From contig VBBY01000021.1 in the NCBI GenBank assembly GCA_005881595.1, forward strand, positions 39,977-103,976: a stretch of DNA of 64,000 nucleotides, written 5' to 3'. This DNA is from Betaproteobacteria bacterium (GTDB taxonomy: Bacteria; Pseudomonadota; Gammaproteobacteria; Burkholderiales; SG8-39). Below the pieces are notes generated by a model that was not told the origin of the DNA, did no database searches, and saw only the letters and a program-made list of their open reading frames with translations. Below are positions 21,366 to 29,715 of the stretch, one piece after another (the first letter of the stretch is position 1; every line of letters starts with the position of its first letter). The position numbers and the translations under genes were made by a program.

Positions 21366-22261
21366 GACTGCCGCCCGGTCAGGCGCAGGAACACTTCTTC
21401 CAGATCGGGCGGCTGCACCTCCAGCTCGACGATGCCGATAGCGCTCTCGCGCAGCCTCGCCAGCACCGCCTCGAGCTCGCGGGCGCTCGGCAGGCGCAGC
21501 GTGAACAGCGGTCCGTCGCGCGCGACCACCTGCGCCGGAAACGGCTCCGGCAGCCGCTCCGCATCGAGCCGCACGCGCAGCTGCAGGCCCGAAAAGGTCT
21601 CGAGCAGGTTCCTGGTCGAGTCGAGCGCGGCAACGCGGCCCGCCTTCAGCATCGCGATGCGGTTGCAGTGAAGTTCGGCCTCCTCGAGGTAGTGCGTGGT
21701 CAGCACGATCGTGTGGCCTTCGCGGTTGAGCCGGCGCACGAACTGCCACAGGCCCTGCCGGAGCTCGACGTCGACGCCGGCGGTCGGCTCGTCGAGCACG
21801 ATCACCGGCGGCTTGTGCACCAGCGCCTGCGCCACCAGCACGCGGCGCTTCATGCCGCCCGAGAGCGCGCGCATATTGGCGTTTGCCTTCGCTGTCAGAT
21901 CCAGATGGTGCATCACCTCGTCGATCCAGGCGTCGTTGCCGCGGATGCCGAAGTAGCCCGACTGGATGCGCAGCGTCTCGCGCACGGTGAAGAACGGGTC
22001 GAACACCAGCTCCTGGGGCACCACGCCGAGCATGCGCCGCGCGCGCCGGTAGTCTTCGACCACGTTCGCGCCCATCACGCTTGCCGCCCCGGAATCCGGC
22101 CGCGCCAAGCCGGCAATCACGTTGATGAGGGTCGTCTTGCCGGCGCCATTGGGGCCGAGCAGGCCGAAGAACTCGCCCTGCCCGATCGCGAGGCTCACGC
22201 CCGCGAGCGCGCGCACGGCACCGAAGCGCTTCTCGAGCTGCCTGACATCGATGGCGTTCAG
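21362..22261 (-). CDS. ABC transporter ATP-binding protein (ABC-2 family); probable CTG start
   Basis: Walker [10 protein letters not shown], signature LSGGMKRR, Walker B VIVLDEPT. The only canonical in-frame start (GTG at 22216) would delete the conserved N-terminal strand LNAIDVRQLEKRFGA. The CTG at 22261 overlaps the mlaB stop (CTGA). Confidence 0.85.
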   Translation of the reverse strand: MNAIDVRQLEKRFGAVRALAGVSLAIGQGEFFGLLGPNGAGKTTLINVIAGLARPDSGAASVMGANVVEDYRRARRMLGVVPQELVFDPFFTVRETLRIQSGYFGIRGNDAWIDEVMHHLDLTAKANANMRALSGGMKRRVLVAQALVHKPPVIVLDEPTAGVDVELRQGLWQFVRRLNREGHTIVLTTHYLEEAELHCNRIAMLKAGRVAALDSTRNLLETFSGLQLRVRLDAERLPEPFPAQVVARDGPLFTLRLPSARELEAVLARLRESAIGIVELEVQPPDLEEVFLRLTGRQS

Positions 22262-22551
22262 TGGTGCGGCGCGGCAGCGGGCAGCAGGCGCTCCACGCCG
22301 TACAGACGGGCGATCGTCTGCAGCGATGCGGGAAGGTTGGTAAAGGAGACTTCCTGCTGGCGCGCCTTGGCGTCGCGCAGCCAGGCGAGGAGCAGCGCGA
22401 GCAGAGAGGAATCCATCTCGGTGACTTCGCCGAGATCGACGCTCTGCACCCCTTCTTCGAGGTGGCGCCGGCCTTCTTCGAGCAGCCGAGCGACATTGGC
22501 CAGGGTCACCGGCCCGCTGACGATGATGCGGCGGCCCTCGCGCCGGATCAT
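22258..22551 (-). CDS. mlaB: STAS-domain protein of the Mla pathway (MlaB-like)
   Basis: 97 aa, MIRREGRRIIVSGPVTLANVARLLEEG...VDLGEVTEMDSSLLALLLAWLRDA. ATGA overlap with mlaC. Confidence 0.8.
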   Translation of the reverse strand: MIRREGRRIIVSGPVTLANVARLLEEGRRHLEEGVQSVDLGEVTEMDSSLLALLLAWLRDAKARQQEVSFTNLPASLQTIARLYGVERLLPAAAPHH

Positions 22552-23177
22552 TTCTGCGGCGCCCCGCCGGCGGCTTCGAGCGTGCGGTTCTTCGCGCTCA
22601 GGCTCTTGATCAGGCCCTCGATCCCCGACTCGCGCACGGTGTTGTTGAACTCGGTCCGGTAGTTGGCGACCAGGCTCACGCCGCCGACCATCACGTCGTA
22701 GACCTTCCAGCCGGAGGCGGTCTTTTCCATGCTGTAGTCGATCGGCACCGGCTGCGCGCCGGGCTGCAGCACGCGCACGTTGACTGTGACGTCGGTCTCG
22801 GTCGGCTTGGCGCGCAGGGGCCGGAATTCGAATTTCTGCTCGGCGAAGGCGGCGAGCGCGCTGGCGTAGGTGCGCACCAGCAGGATCTTGAATTCCTCGG
22901 TGAGGCGCTTCTTCTGCCCCGCGTCCGCCTTGTTCCAGCTCTGACCCATCGCGAGGGCGGTCATGCCGGCGAAATTGAAGTGCGGCAGCACCTTCTCGTT
23001 GATCAGCTCGATGAGCTTGTTGCGATTGCCGCGGATCTCCTTGTCCTTGGCGATCAGATCCACCACCTCGAGCGTCACGTTCTTCACCAGCACGTCGGGC
23101 GTCGCTTCCTGGCCCTGCACGCTGGCGAGCAGAAGTGCGGCGGAGAGACACAAAGCGGCTTTAGCGATCGTGCGCAT
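22548..23177 (-). CDS. mlaC: Periplasmic phospholipid-binding protein MlaC (Ttg2D family)
   Basis: 209 aa with a signal peptide. ...KVLPHFNFAGMTALAMGQSWNKADAGQKKRLTEEFKILLVRTYASAL...WKVYDVMVGGVSLVANYR. Confidence 0.9.
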   Translation of the reverse strand: MRTIAKAALCLSAALLLASVQGQEATPDVLVKNVTLEVVDLIAKDKEIRGNRNKLIELINEKVLPHFNFAGMTALAMGQSWNKADAGQKKRLTEEFKILLVRTYASALAAFAEQKFEFRPLRAKPTETDVTVNVRVLQPGAQPVPIDYSMEKTASGWKVYDVMVGGVSLVANYRTEFNNTVRESGIEGLIKSLSAKNRTLEAAGGAPQK

Positions 23178-23940
23178 GTTGTACCACCCTCAAATCATTA
23201 ACGCCCGCGGCAGGCTCCACGTTGACTGGCGTTTTGAAACTGCGCTCTTCTCGAATGCGTTCCTCGCGCGGAGGCTGTCCATCATAGATCAGGCTCCTGC
23301 GGCGCTGCAGGTAGGCGTCGCGCTGAAATACGTACTTGTCGAGCGCCGCCTCCTCCAGGATGCGGCTCGCGTCGAGCAGATCGGCGCGCACGCCGACCAG
23401 GCGCAGCGCGACCGCGGAATTGCGCAGCCTGATCGGCCTGAAATCGCCGACCGGATCGGTATAGATGTCGGCCGCGGTGCCGACGCTGTCGCGCAGCGTG
23501 CTCGAGCCCAGAATCGGCAGCACGAGATACGGACCGTCGCCAACTCCCCAGCGGCCCAGGGTCTGGCCGAAATCCTCGTTGTGCTTCTCGATGCCCATGT
23601 CGGAGGCCACGTCGTGAATGCCCAGCAGCCCGAAGCTGCTGTTGAAGGCGAAGCGCGCCCAGTCCTCCACGCCGTCCTGGATCTTGCCCTGCAGCAGGTT
23701 GTTGACGCCGATGAAAAGGTCGGCGATGTTGGAAAAGAAATTGCGCACCCGGCTGCGGATCTCCTCGTGCAGCAGATCGCGATAAGCCGTGGCCACCGGC
23801 CTGGCGATCGCCGCGTCGACGGTCTCGTTGAACTTGTACACGCCGCGGTTGAATCCTTCGAATGGATCGCGTGGATCGCCGTCCGCGGTGGCGCATGCCG
23901 CCAGCAACGCAAGCAGCACCGCGCTCGCCGGGAGCCTCAC
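23161..23940 (-). CDS. mlaA: Outer-membrane lipoprotein MlaA (VacJ family)
   Basis: Lipobox LLAAC. DPFEGFNRGVYKFNETVD...NFFSNIADLFIGVNNLLQGK...FGLLGIHDVASDMGI...EDFGQTLGRWGVGDGPYLVLPILG. Confidence 0.92.
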   Translation of the reverse strand: MRLPASAVLLALLAACATADGDPRDPFEGFNRGVYKFNETVDAAIARPVATAYRDLLHEEIRSRVRNFFSNIADLFIGVNNLLQGKIQDGVEDWARFAFNSSFGLLGIHDVASDMGIEKHNEDFGQTLGRWGVGDGPYLVLPILGSSTLRDSVGTAADIYTDPVGDFRPIRLRNSAVALRLVGVRADLLDASRILEEAALDKYVFQRDAYLQRRRSLIYDGQPPREERIREERSFKTPVNVEPAAGVNDLRVVQHAHDR

Positions 23941-24413
23941 TTCGCCGGTTCCTTGGCCGGTTCGGCCGCCTTGCTGAACAGGAACTGGCTGATGAGGTTC
24001 TCGAGCACCACCGCCGACTGGGTCAGGCGCAGGCGGTCGCCGTTCTTCAGCATCACACCGTCGCCTCCGGCCTCGAGCCCGATGTACTGCTCGCCGAGGA
24101 TTCCCGAGGTCAGGATCTTGGCGGTCGTGTCGCGCGGGAACTGGTAGGCGGCGTCGAGGTTGATCGCGACGAGCGCCTCGTAGCTTTCATTGTCGAAGCG
24201 GATGTCGGCGACCCTGCCGATCACCACGCCGGCGCTCTTCACCGGCGCGCGCGCCTTCAGGCCGCCGATATTGGCGAACTTGGCATACACCTGGTAGGCC
24301 GGCGCGGTGTTGAAGGAGGCGAGGTTGCCGACCTTGAGCGCGAGAAACAGCAAACCCGCAAGGCCCGCCGCGACGAAGATTCCGACCCACAGATCGATAG
24401 CCGAGCGGTTCAT
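23937..24413 (-). CDS. mlaD: MCE-domain protein MlaD
   Basis: 158 aa from [30 protein letters not shown]...[18 protein letters not shown]. The upstream part of the 406-aa track ORF is spurious. Confidence 0.92.
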   Translation of the reverse strand: MNRSAIDLWVGIFVAAGLAGLLFLALKVGNLASFNTAPAYQVYAKFANIGGLKARAPVKSAGVVIGRVADIRFDNESYEALVAINLDAAYQFPRDTTAKILTSGILGEQYIGLEAGGDGVMLKNGDRLRLTQSAVVLENLISQFLFSKAAEPAKEPAK

Positions 24414-25222
24414 TGTCCGTGACCTCCTCCGGTGAACATGAGTGCGGTGAGCACGAAATCGAGCGCGAGAATGGCGAGCGACGAGGTAACCACCGTGCGC
24501 GTGGTGGCGCGCGACACGCCCTCCGCGGTCGGCGGGGCGTCGTAGCCCTCGAATACCGCGATCCAGGTCACCGCGATGCCGAACACGACGCTCTTGATGA
24601 TGCCGTTGACGATGTCGTTGCGCAGGTCGACCGCGGCCTGCATCTGCGACCAGAACGCGCCGGCGTCGACGCCGATCAGCTGCACGCCGACCAGGTAGCC
24701 GCCGAAGATTCCCATGGCGGAGAACAGCGCCGCCAAGAGCGGCATCGAGATCACGCCGCCCCAGAAGCGCGGCGCCACCACGCGCGCCACCGGATCGACC
24801 GCCATCATTTCCATCGCCGAGAGCTGCTCGGTCGCCTTCATCAGGCCGATCTCCGCGGTGATCGCCGAGCCGGCGCGGCTGGCGAAAAGCAGCCCCGCGA
24901 CGACCGGGCCGAGCTCGCGCACCAGCGACAGCGCGACCAGCACGCCGAGCGACTCGGAAGCCCCGAAGCGCTGCAGCGTGTCGTAGCCCTGCAGCGCGAG
25001 CACCATGCCGACGAACAGTCCCGAGACCAGGATGATGATCAGCGACAGCACGCCGGCGAAATAGATCTCGGCGATCGTCAGGCGAAAGCGCCGCAGCGCG
25101 GTGCCAGAATGCACGACCAGGTAGGCGAGGAAGCGGCTGGCGAAGCCCAGCCGCCACACGTGGGAGGTCACGCCGGCGCCGAGGCGCTCCAGCCGCTGGC
25201 GAAGAGCAGCGACGATCTGCAT
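24410..25222 (-). CDS. mlaE: Phospholipid ABC transporter permease MlaE
   Basis: 270 aa, ...[63 protein letters not shown]... Confidence 0.93.
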   Translation of the reverse strand: MQIVAALRQRLERLGAGVTSHVWRLGFASRFLAYLVVHSGTALRRFRLTIAEIYFAGVLSLIIILVSGLFVGMVLALQGYDTLQRFGASESLGVLVALSLVRELGPVVAGLLFASRAGSAITAEIGLMKATEQLSAMEMMAVDPVARVVAPRFWGGVISMPLLAALFSAMGIFGGYLVGVQLIGVDAGAFWSQMQAAVDLRNDIVNGIIKSVVFGIAVTWIAVFEGYDAPPTAEGVSRATTRTVVTSSLAILALDFVLTALMFTGGGHGQ

Positions 25223-25223
25223 G

Positions 25224-26054
25224 TCAGGCGGCGGCAGGCTCGAGATCGGCGCCGTAGTCGGGCGCGGGGTAGTGGAACGGCACCGGGCCCTCGGATTTGC
25301 CGTTGACGAACTGGTTGACGAAGGGCTCGGAGCTCGCGCGGATCTCGGCGGGCGTGCCCTGGGCGATGACGCGGCCCGCCGCCATGAAGTAGACGTAGTC
25401 GACCACGCCGAGCGCCTCCTGCACGTCGTGCGTGACGATGATCGAGGTGGCGCCGAGCGAATCGTTCAGCTCGCGGATCAGGCGGGCGATGACGCCGAAC
25501 GAGATCGGGTCGAGGCCCGTGAACGGCTCGTCGTACAGGATCAGCTGCGGATCGAGCGCGATCGAGCGCGCGAGCGCGACGCGACGCGCCATGCCGCCGG
25601 AGAGCTCGGTCGGCATCAGCCGGGCCGCGCCGCGCAGCCCGACCGCCTGCAGCTTCAGCAGCACCAGGTCGCGCAGCAGGTCATCGGGGAGCTCGGCGTG
25701 CTCGCGCAGCGGGAACGCGACGTTCTCGTAGACCGACATGTCGGTGAACAGCGCGCCGAACTGGAACAGCATGCCCATCTTGCGGCGCATGCGGTAAAGC
25801 CCTTCGCGGTCGAGCTTGCCGGTGAGCTCCCCGAGCACGCGCGCGGTGCCGCCGCTGGGCAGGTAAGCCCCCATGATGATCCGCAGCAGCGTGGTCTTGC
25901 CGCAACCCGACTGGCCCATGATGCCGACCACGCTGCCGCGCGCGATCTTAAGGTTGATGTCGCGCAGCACGGGGTGCGCGGGATCGTAACCGAAGGAAAC
26001 GTTCCCTATTTCAACGATAGAGGAATGCCGCTCAGAGTCAGGGGATTGCTGCAC
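25224..26054 (-). CDS. mlaF: Phospholipid ABC transporter ATP-binding protein MlaF
   Basis: 276 aa. Walker [62 protein letters not shown]. Confidence 0.93.
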   Translation of the reverse strand: MQQSPDSERHSSIVEIGNVSFGYDPAHPVLRDINLKIARGSVVGIMGQSGCGKTTLLRIIMGAYLPSGGTARVLGELTGKLDREGLYRMRRKMGMLFQFGALFTDMSVYENVAFPLREHAELPDDLLRDLVLLKLQAVGLRGAARLMPTELSGGMARRVALARSIALDPQLILYDEPFTGLDPISFGVIARLIRELNDSLGATSIIVTHDVQEALGVVDYVYFMAAGRVIAQGTPAEIRASSEPFVNQFVNGKSEGPVPFHYPAPDYGADLEPAAA

Positions 26055-26070
26055 GGCGTAATATTATCGC

Positions 26071-26826
26071 GTGAGGGAAGGATCCGCGAACGAGGCTGCA
26101 GTGCGCGTTGCCGCGCTGGCAAAGCGCTACGGCAAGCTCGATGCTTTGAAACGCGTCGATCTCGACGTGCCGGCGGGCGAGGCGTTCGGCCTGGTGGGCG
26201 CCAACGGGGCGGGCAAGACCACGCTCATCAAATGCGCGCTCGACCTCTGCGCCTACGACTCGGGCAGCGTTGCGATCTTTGGCGTCGCCGCCCGCCTGCC
26301 GCAGGCGCGCCGGCGCCTGGTCTACCTTCCGGAGCGCTTCGTGCCGCCGCACTACCTGCGTTGCCGGGAGTTCCTCGAGCTGATGCTGGAGCTCTCGGGG
26401 GCCCGTTACGAGCCGGCGCGCGCGCGACGGCTGCTGGAGGAACTGGAGCTCGAGCGCGACGTGCTCGAGCGCCCGGTGCGGCAGCTGTCGAAGGGGATGA
26501 CGCAGAAGCTCGGCCTCGCCTCCTGCTTCCTGGTCGAGCGCGACCTCTTTGTTCTCGACGAACCGATGAGCGGCCTTGACCCCGCCACCCGGGTCGCGGT
26601 GAAATCGGTTCTGCGCCGACTGAGCGCTGAAGGCAGGACGCTGTTCTTTACTTCGCACGTTCTCGCCGACGTCGAAGAGCTCTGTTCGTCCATCGCGGTG
26701 CTGGACCAGGGAACGGTCCGCTTCCGCGGCTCGCCGGCGGCGCTTTGCGCGCGTTACGCGCAGACTCACCTGGAGCGGGCGTTCATGAGGTGCATCCGTG
26801 ACGACGAATCCGCAGCCGGCGCCTGA
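26071..26826 (+). CDS. Orphan ABC transporter ATP-binding protein (ABC-2/CcmA-like)
   Basis: 251 aa with a GTG start. Walker A GANGAGKTT, signature LSKGMTQKLG, Walker B LFVLDEPMSGLD, H-loop TSHVL. No adjacent permease. The 3' end overlaps the next gene by 29 nt. Confidence 0.88.
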   Translation: MREGSANEAAVRVAALAKRYGKLDALKRVDLDVPAGEAFGLVGANGAGKTTLIKCALDLCAYDSGSVAIFGVAARLPQARRRLVYLPERFVPPHYLRCREFLELMLELSGARYEPARARRLLEELELERDVLERPVRQLSKGMTQKLGLASCFLVERDLFVLDEPMSGLDPATRVAVKSVLRRLSAEGRTLFFTSHVLADVEELCSSIAVLDQGTVRFRGSPAALCARYAQTHLERAFMRCIRDDESAAGA

Positions 26827-28204
26827 GGCGAAGCCGGGGCTGCTGGTCGTCGACGACGATCCGCTGATCACCGATACGCTGGCCTTCGCCCTGCAGGCCG
26901 ACTACGCGGTGCACGCCTGCGACAGCCGGCAGCAAGCCATCGAGCTTCTGCGGCAGCTGCGCGACGCGCCGCCGCTTGCGCTGGTCGACCTCGGCCTGCC
27001 GCCGGCGCCGCACACGCCCGATGAAGGCTTCCAGCTGATCGCCGACCTGCTGGCGCATTCCCCGAGCATGAAGATCTTCGTGCTCTCGGGCCAGAACGAT
27101 GCGGCGAACGCACGCCATGCGCGCGCGCTGGGCGCCTGGGAGTTTGTCGCCAAGCCGAGCGATCCGGCGCTGCTCAGGCGCCTGCTGGCGCGCGCGCTCG
27201 AGCTGCCGGCGGCCGAAGCGCCCGAGCTGGTCGGCGCGAGCCCCGTGCTGGCGAAGCTCAAGCAGCAGATCGCGCAATTCGCCGGCTCGCCGTACCCGGT
27301 GCTGATCGAGGGCGAATCCGGCAGCGGCAAGGAGCTGGTCGCGCGCAATCTGCACCGGCTCTCGCCGCGCTCGGGCCGCCCGTACCTCACCCTCAATTGC
27401 GCCGCGATCTCGCCCACGCTGGTCGAGCCGACCCTGTTCGGGTACGTCAAGGGAGCGTTCACCGGTGCCGCCTCCAACAAGGCGGGGTATTTCGAGGACG
27501 CCCAGGACGGAACCCTGCTGCTCGACGAGATCGGCGAGTTGCCGCTCGAGCTGCAGGCGAAGCTGCTGCGCGTGCTGGAGAACGGCGAGTACCAGCGCGT
27601 GGGGGAAACGCAGCGCAGGGTTTCCCGCTGCCGCGTCATCGCCGCAACCAACCGCGACCTGCGACGCGACGTCAAACAGGGGGCGTTCCGCGCCGACCTG
27701 TATCACCGCCTGTCGGTGTTCAGCCTGAACGTGCCGCCGCTGCGCGAAATGGAAGGCGACAAGCTCCAGCTGCTCGAGCACTTCCGCCGCTTTTATGCGG
27801 CGCAATCGGGCATGCAGCCTTTCGAGCTCGACGACGACGCCACCGCCCGCTGGGCGCGGTACGACTTTCCCGGCAACGTGCGCGAGCTGCGCAACGTCGT
27901 GATCAGGCTCAGCACGAAGTATTCCGGGCAGCGCGTGTCCGTGGCGGAGCTCGAGCCCGAGCTCGACCTCGAGGCCCTTTATCCCGGGTCCGCCGTCGAA
28001 GGCGGCGCGATCGTCGAGCAGGCCGTGCGTCAGCTGGAGCGATCTGGGGCTTTCAACCTCGACGAAACGCTGCGCGCCTGGGAGCGGGGCTACATCGAGG
28101 CGGCGCTGCGCCTGACGCGCGGCAACGTCAGCCAGGCGGCGAAGCTGCTCGGCGTGAACCGCACCACGCTCTACAGCCGCATGCACCCCGACGAGGACAA
28201 ATAG
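26798..28204 (+). CDS. Sigma-54-dependent response regulator (NtrC family; PrsR/PilR-like)
   Basis: 468 aa. Receiver (LLVVDDD...LVDLGLPP...), AAA+ (GESGSGKE, intact GAFTGA, ENGEYQRVG, LYHRL), C-terminal HTH (GNVSQAAKLLGVNRTTLYSRM). Confidence 0.92.
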   Translation: MTTNPQPAPEAKPGLLVVDDDPLITDTLAFALQADYAVHACDSRQQAIELLRQLRDAPPLALVDLGLPPAPHTPDEGFQLIADLLAHSPSMKIFVLSGQNDAANARHARALGAWEFVAKPSDPALLRRLLARALELPAAEAPELVGASPVLAKLKQQIAQFAGSPYPVLIEGESGSGKELVARNLHRLSPRSGRPYLTLNCAAISPTLVEPTLFGYVKGAFTGAASNKAGYFEDAQDGTLLLDEIGELPLELQAKLLRVLENGEYQRVGETQRRVSRCRVIAATNRDLRRDVKQGAFRADLYHRLSVFSLNVPPLREMEGDKLQLLEHFRRFYAAQSGMQPFELDDDATARWARYDFPGNVRELRNVVIRLSTKYSGQRVSVAELEPELDLEALYPGSAVEGGAIVEQAVRQLERSGAFNLDETLRAWERGYIEAALRLTRGNVSQAAKLLGVNRTTLYSRMHPDEDK

Positions 28205-28206
28205 CG

Positions 28207-29616
28207 GTGGCGCTTTACCTGGAGCACTTCGGGCTCGCCGAGCCGCCGTTCCGCATCACGCCGCACACCGACTTTTTCTTCGACGGCGCCGACCGGGGCG
28301 CCACCCTGGAGGCGCTGATCTACGCCATCCTGCACGACGAGGGCATCGTCAAGCTGTCGGGCGAAGTAGGCAGCGGCAAGACCATGCTGTGCCGGGTGCT
28401 GATGGAGCGGCTGCCGCCGCACGTGGAGACGATCTACCTCGCCACGCCATCGCTCGCGCGCGACGAGATCCTTCACGCCATTGCCGACGACCTGGAACTC
28501 AGGCTGACGCACGAGCGCACCACGGTGGCGCTGCGCGAGCTGCAGGAGCATCTGATCCGGCTGTACGGCGCCGGCCGCCGCGTCGTGGTCCTCATCGACG
28601 AGGCGCACGTCATGCCCGAGGAGACGCTCGAGCAGGTGCGCCTGCTGTCGAACCTCGAGTCGAACCGCCACAAGCTGATGCAGCTGGTCCTGTTCGGCCA
28701 GCCCGAGCTCGACGCGACCCTCGCCAAGCCGTCGTTGCGCCAGCTGCGCGACCGCATTACGCACGCCTTTCGCATGCGCCCGCTGGCGGAGCCCGAAGTC
28801 GCCAAATACGTATCGTTCCGCATGCGGGCGGCCGGCTACCGGGGACCCGACGTGTTCGCGCCGGGCGCGCTGGCGCGGGTGGCACGTGCCTCCGGCGGGC
28901 TCACGCGCCGCATCAACATACTTGCCGACAAATCGCTGCTCGCGGCCTTCACGCAGGACGCGCACGCGGTCACCGAGCGTCACGTGCGCGCGGCAATCGC
29001 CGACTCCGAATTTGCCCGGCTCAGGAGGCCGTGGCGGCCGGCCGCGTACGCCGGCGCGGCGCTCGCCGCCGGTGTGCTCATCGGCGCGGCGGTTCATTGG
29101 GCGTTTTTCGCACGCGCGGTAAAGCTGGAAGCACCGGCGGCCCAGATACCCGCCATCCCGCCAGCGCAGGCTGCCCGGGTGCCGGCAGCGGCAGCCATAG
29201 AACCGGAACCCCCTCCGCAACCTCCGCCCCCCAAACTCCTGAGGCAAGATCAAGTACAGCGCCTAAGCGGGTACTCACCGGGTGGCCAGCGCCTGCTTAC
29301 CGAGCGCATCGCAGCAACGCAGGAGTTGCTCGAGCGCGTGCCCGATGAGCAATTTGCCATCGAGCTGTTCATCACGGACAACACCAACCCGGCACGCGTG
29401 GAGCGTTTTCTGGTGCGCGCGCGCGAGCTGGTTCCGCTCGGCGAGTTGTTCGTCATCCCGGTGGCGCGCGGTGGGCAGTACCGGCTGCGGGTGATTTTCG
29501 GCGAGTTCCCGAGCCGCGCGGCGGCGATCGAGGCGGGGAAGCGTTTACCGCCGCGCTACCAGCAGGCGTTTCGGGCCTTGCCACGCAGCTTCGCGGAACT
29601 CCGTGGCCAAATTTAG
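28207..29616 (+). CDS. ExeA/GspA/MshM-like AAA+ ATPase with TM segment and SPOR-like C-terminal domain
   Basis: GTG at 28207, 3 nt after the RR stop. LEHFGLAEPPF, Walker A GEVGSGKTM, Walker B VVVLIDEAH, TM AAYAGAALAAGVLIGAAVHWAFF, Pro-rich linker, C-terminus QFAIELF...GGQYRLRVIFGEFPSRAAAIEAGKRLP. Confidence 0.88.
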   Translation: MALYLEHFGLAEPPFRITPHTDFFFDGADRGATLEALIYAILHDEGIVKLSGEVGSGKTMLCRVLMERLPPHVETIYLATPSLARDEILHAIADDLELRLTHERTTVALRELQEHLIRLYGAGRRVVVLIDEAHVMPEETLEQVRLLSNLESNRHKLMQLVLFGQPELDATLAKPSLRQLRDRITHAFRMRPLAEPEVAKYVSFRMRAAGYRGPDVFAPGALARVARASGGLTRRINILADKSLLAAFTQDAHAVTERHVRAAIADSEFARLRRPWRPAAYAGAALAAGVLIGAAVHWAFFARAVKLEAPAAQIPAIPPAQAARVPAAAAIEPEPPPQPPPPKLLRQDQVQRLSGYSPGGQRLLTERIAATQELLERVPDEQFAIELFITDNTNPARVERFLVRARELVPLGELFVIPVARGGQYRLRVIFGEFPSRAAAIEAGKRLPPRYQQAFRALPRSFAELRGQI

Positions 29617-29715
29617 ACAGGACCAGGAAAACGCCAGCAGGACAGGTGCTTAGACCACTTTCCTCAAGTTGGTATCGTGCTATGCTTCGCAGCGGGAGGG
29701 AAGCTAGGCGGTGCA

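Noticed and set aside
20610-22496. 628-aa ORF apparently fusing the ABC-2 permease to upstream sequence
   Set aside because: Only the last 251 codons (from the GTG at 21365) look like a membrane permease. The upstream part overlaps the ATPase and mlaB genes out of frame.
26783-28186. 467-aa minus-strand ORF opposite the sigma-54 activator
   Set aside because: Shadow ORF. The plus strand encodes complete receiver, AAA+ (GAFTGA) and HTH domains.
29665-29690. TTGGTATcgtgctaTGCTT upstream of the secretin gene as a possible -24/-12 promoter
   Set aside because: The GG/GC spacing does not fit (12 nt instead of 11) and the -24 hexamer is poor. Kept only as a note that the assembly genes lack an obvious sigma-54 promoter.
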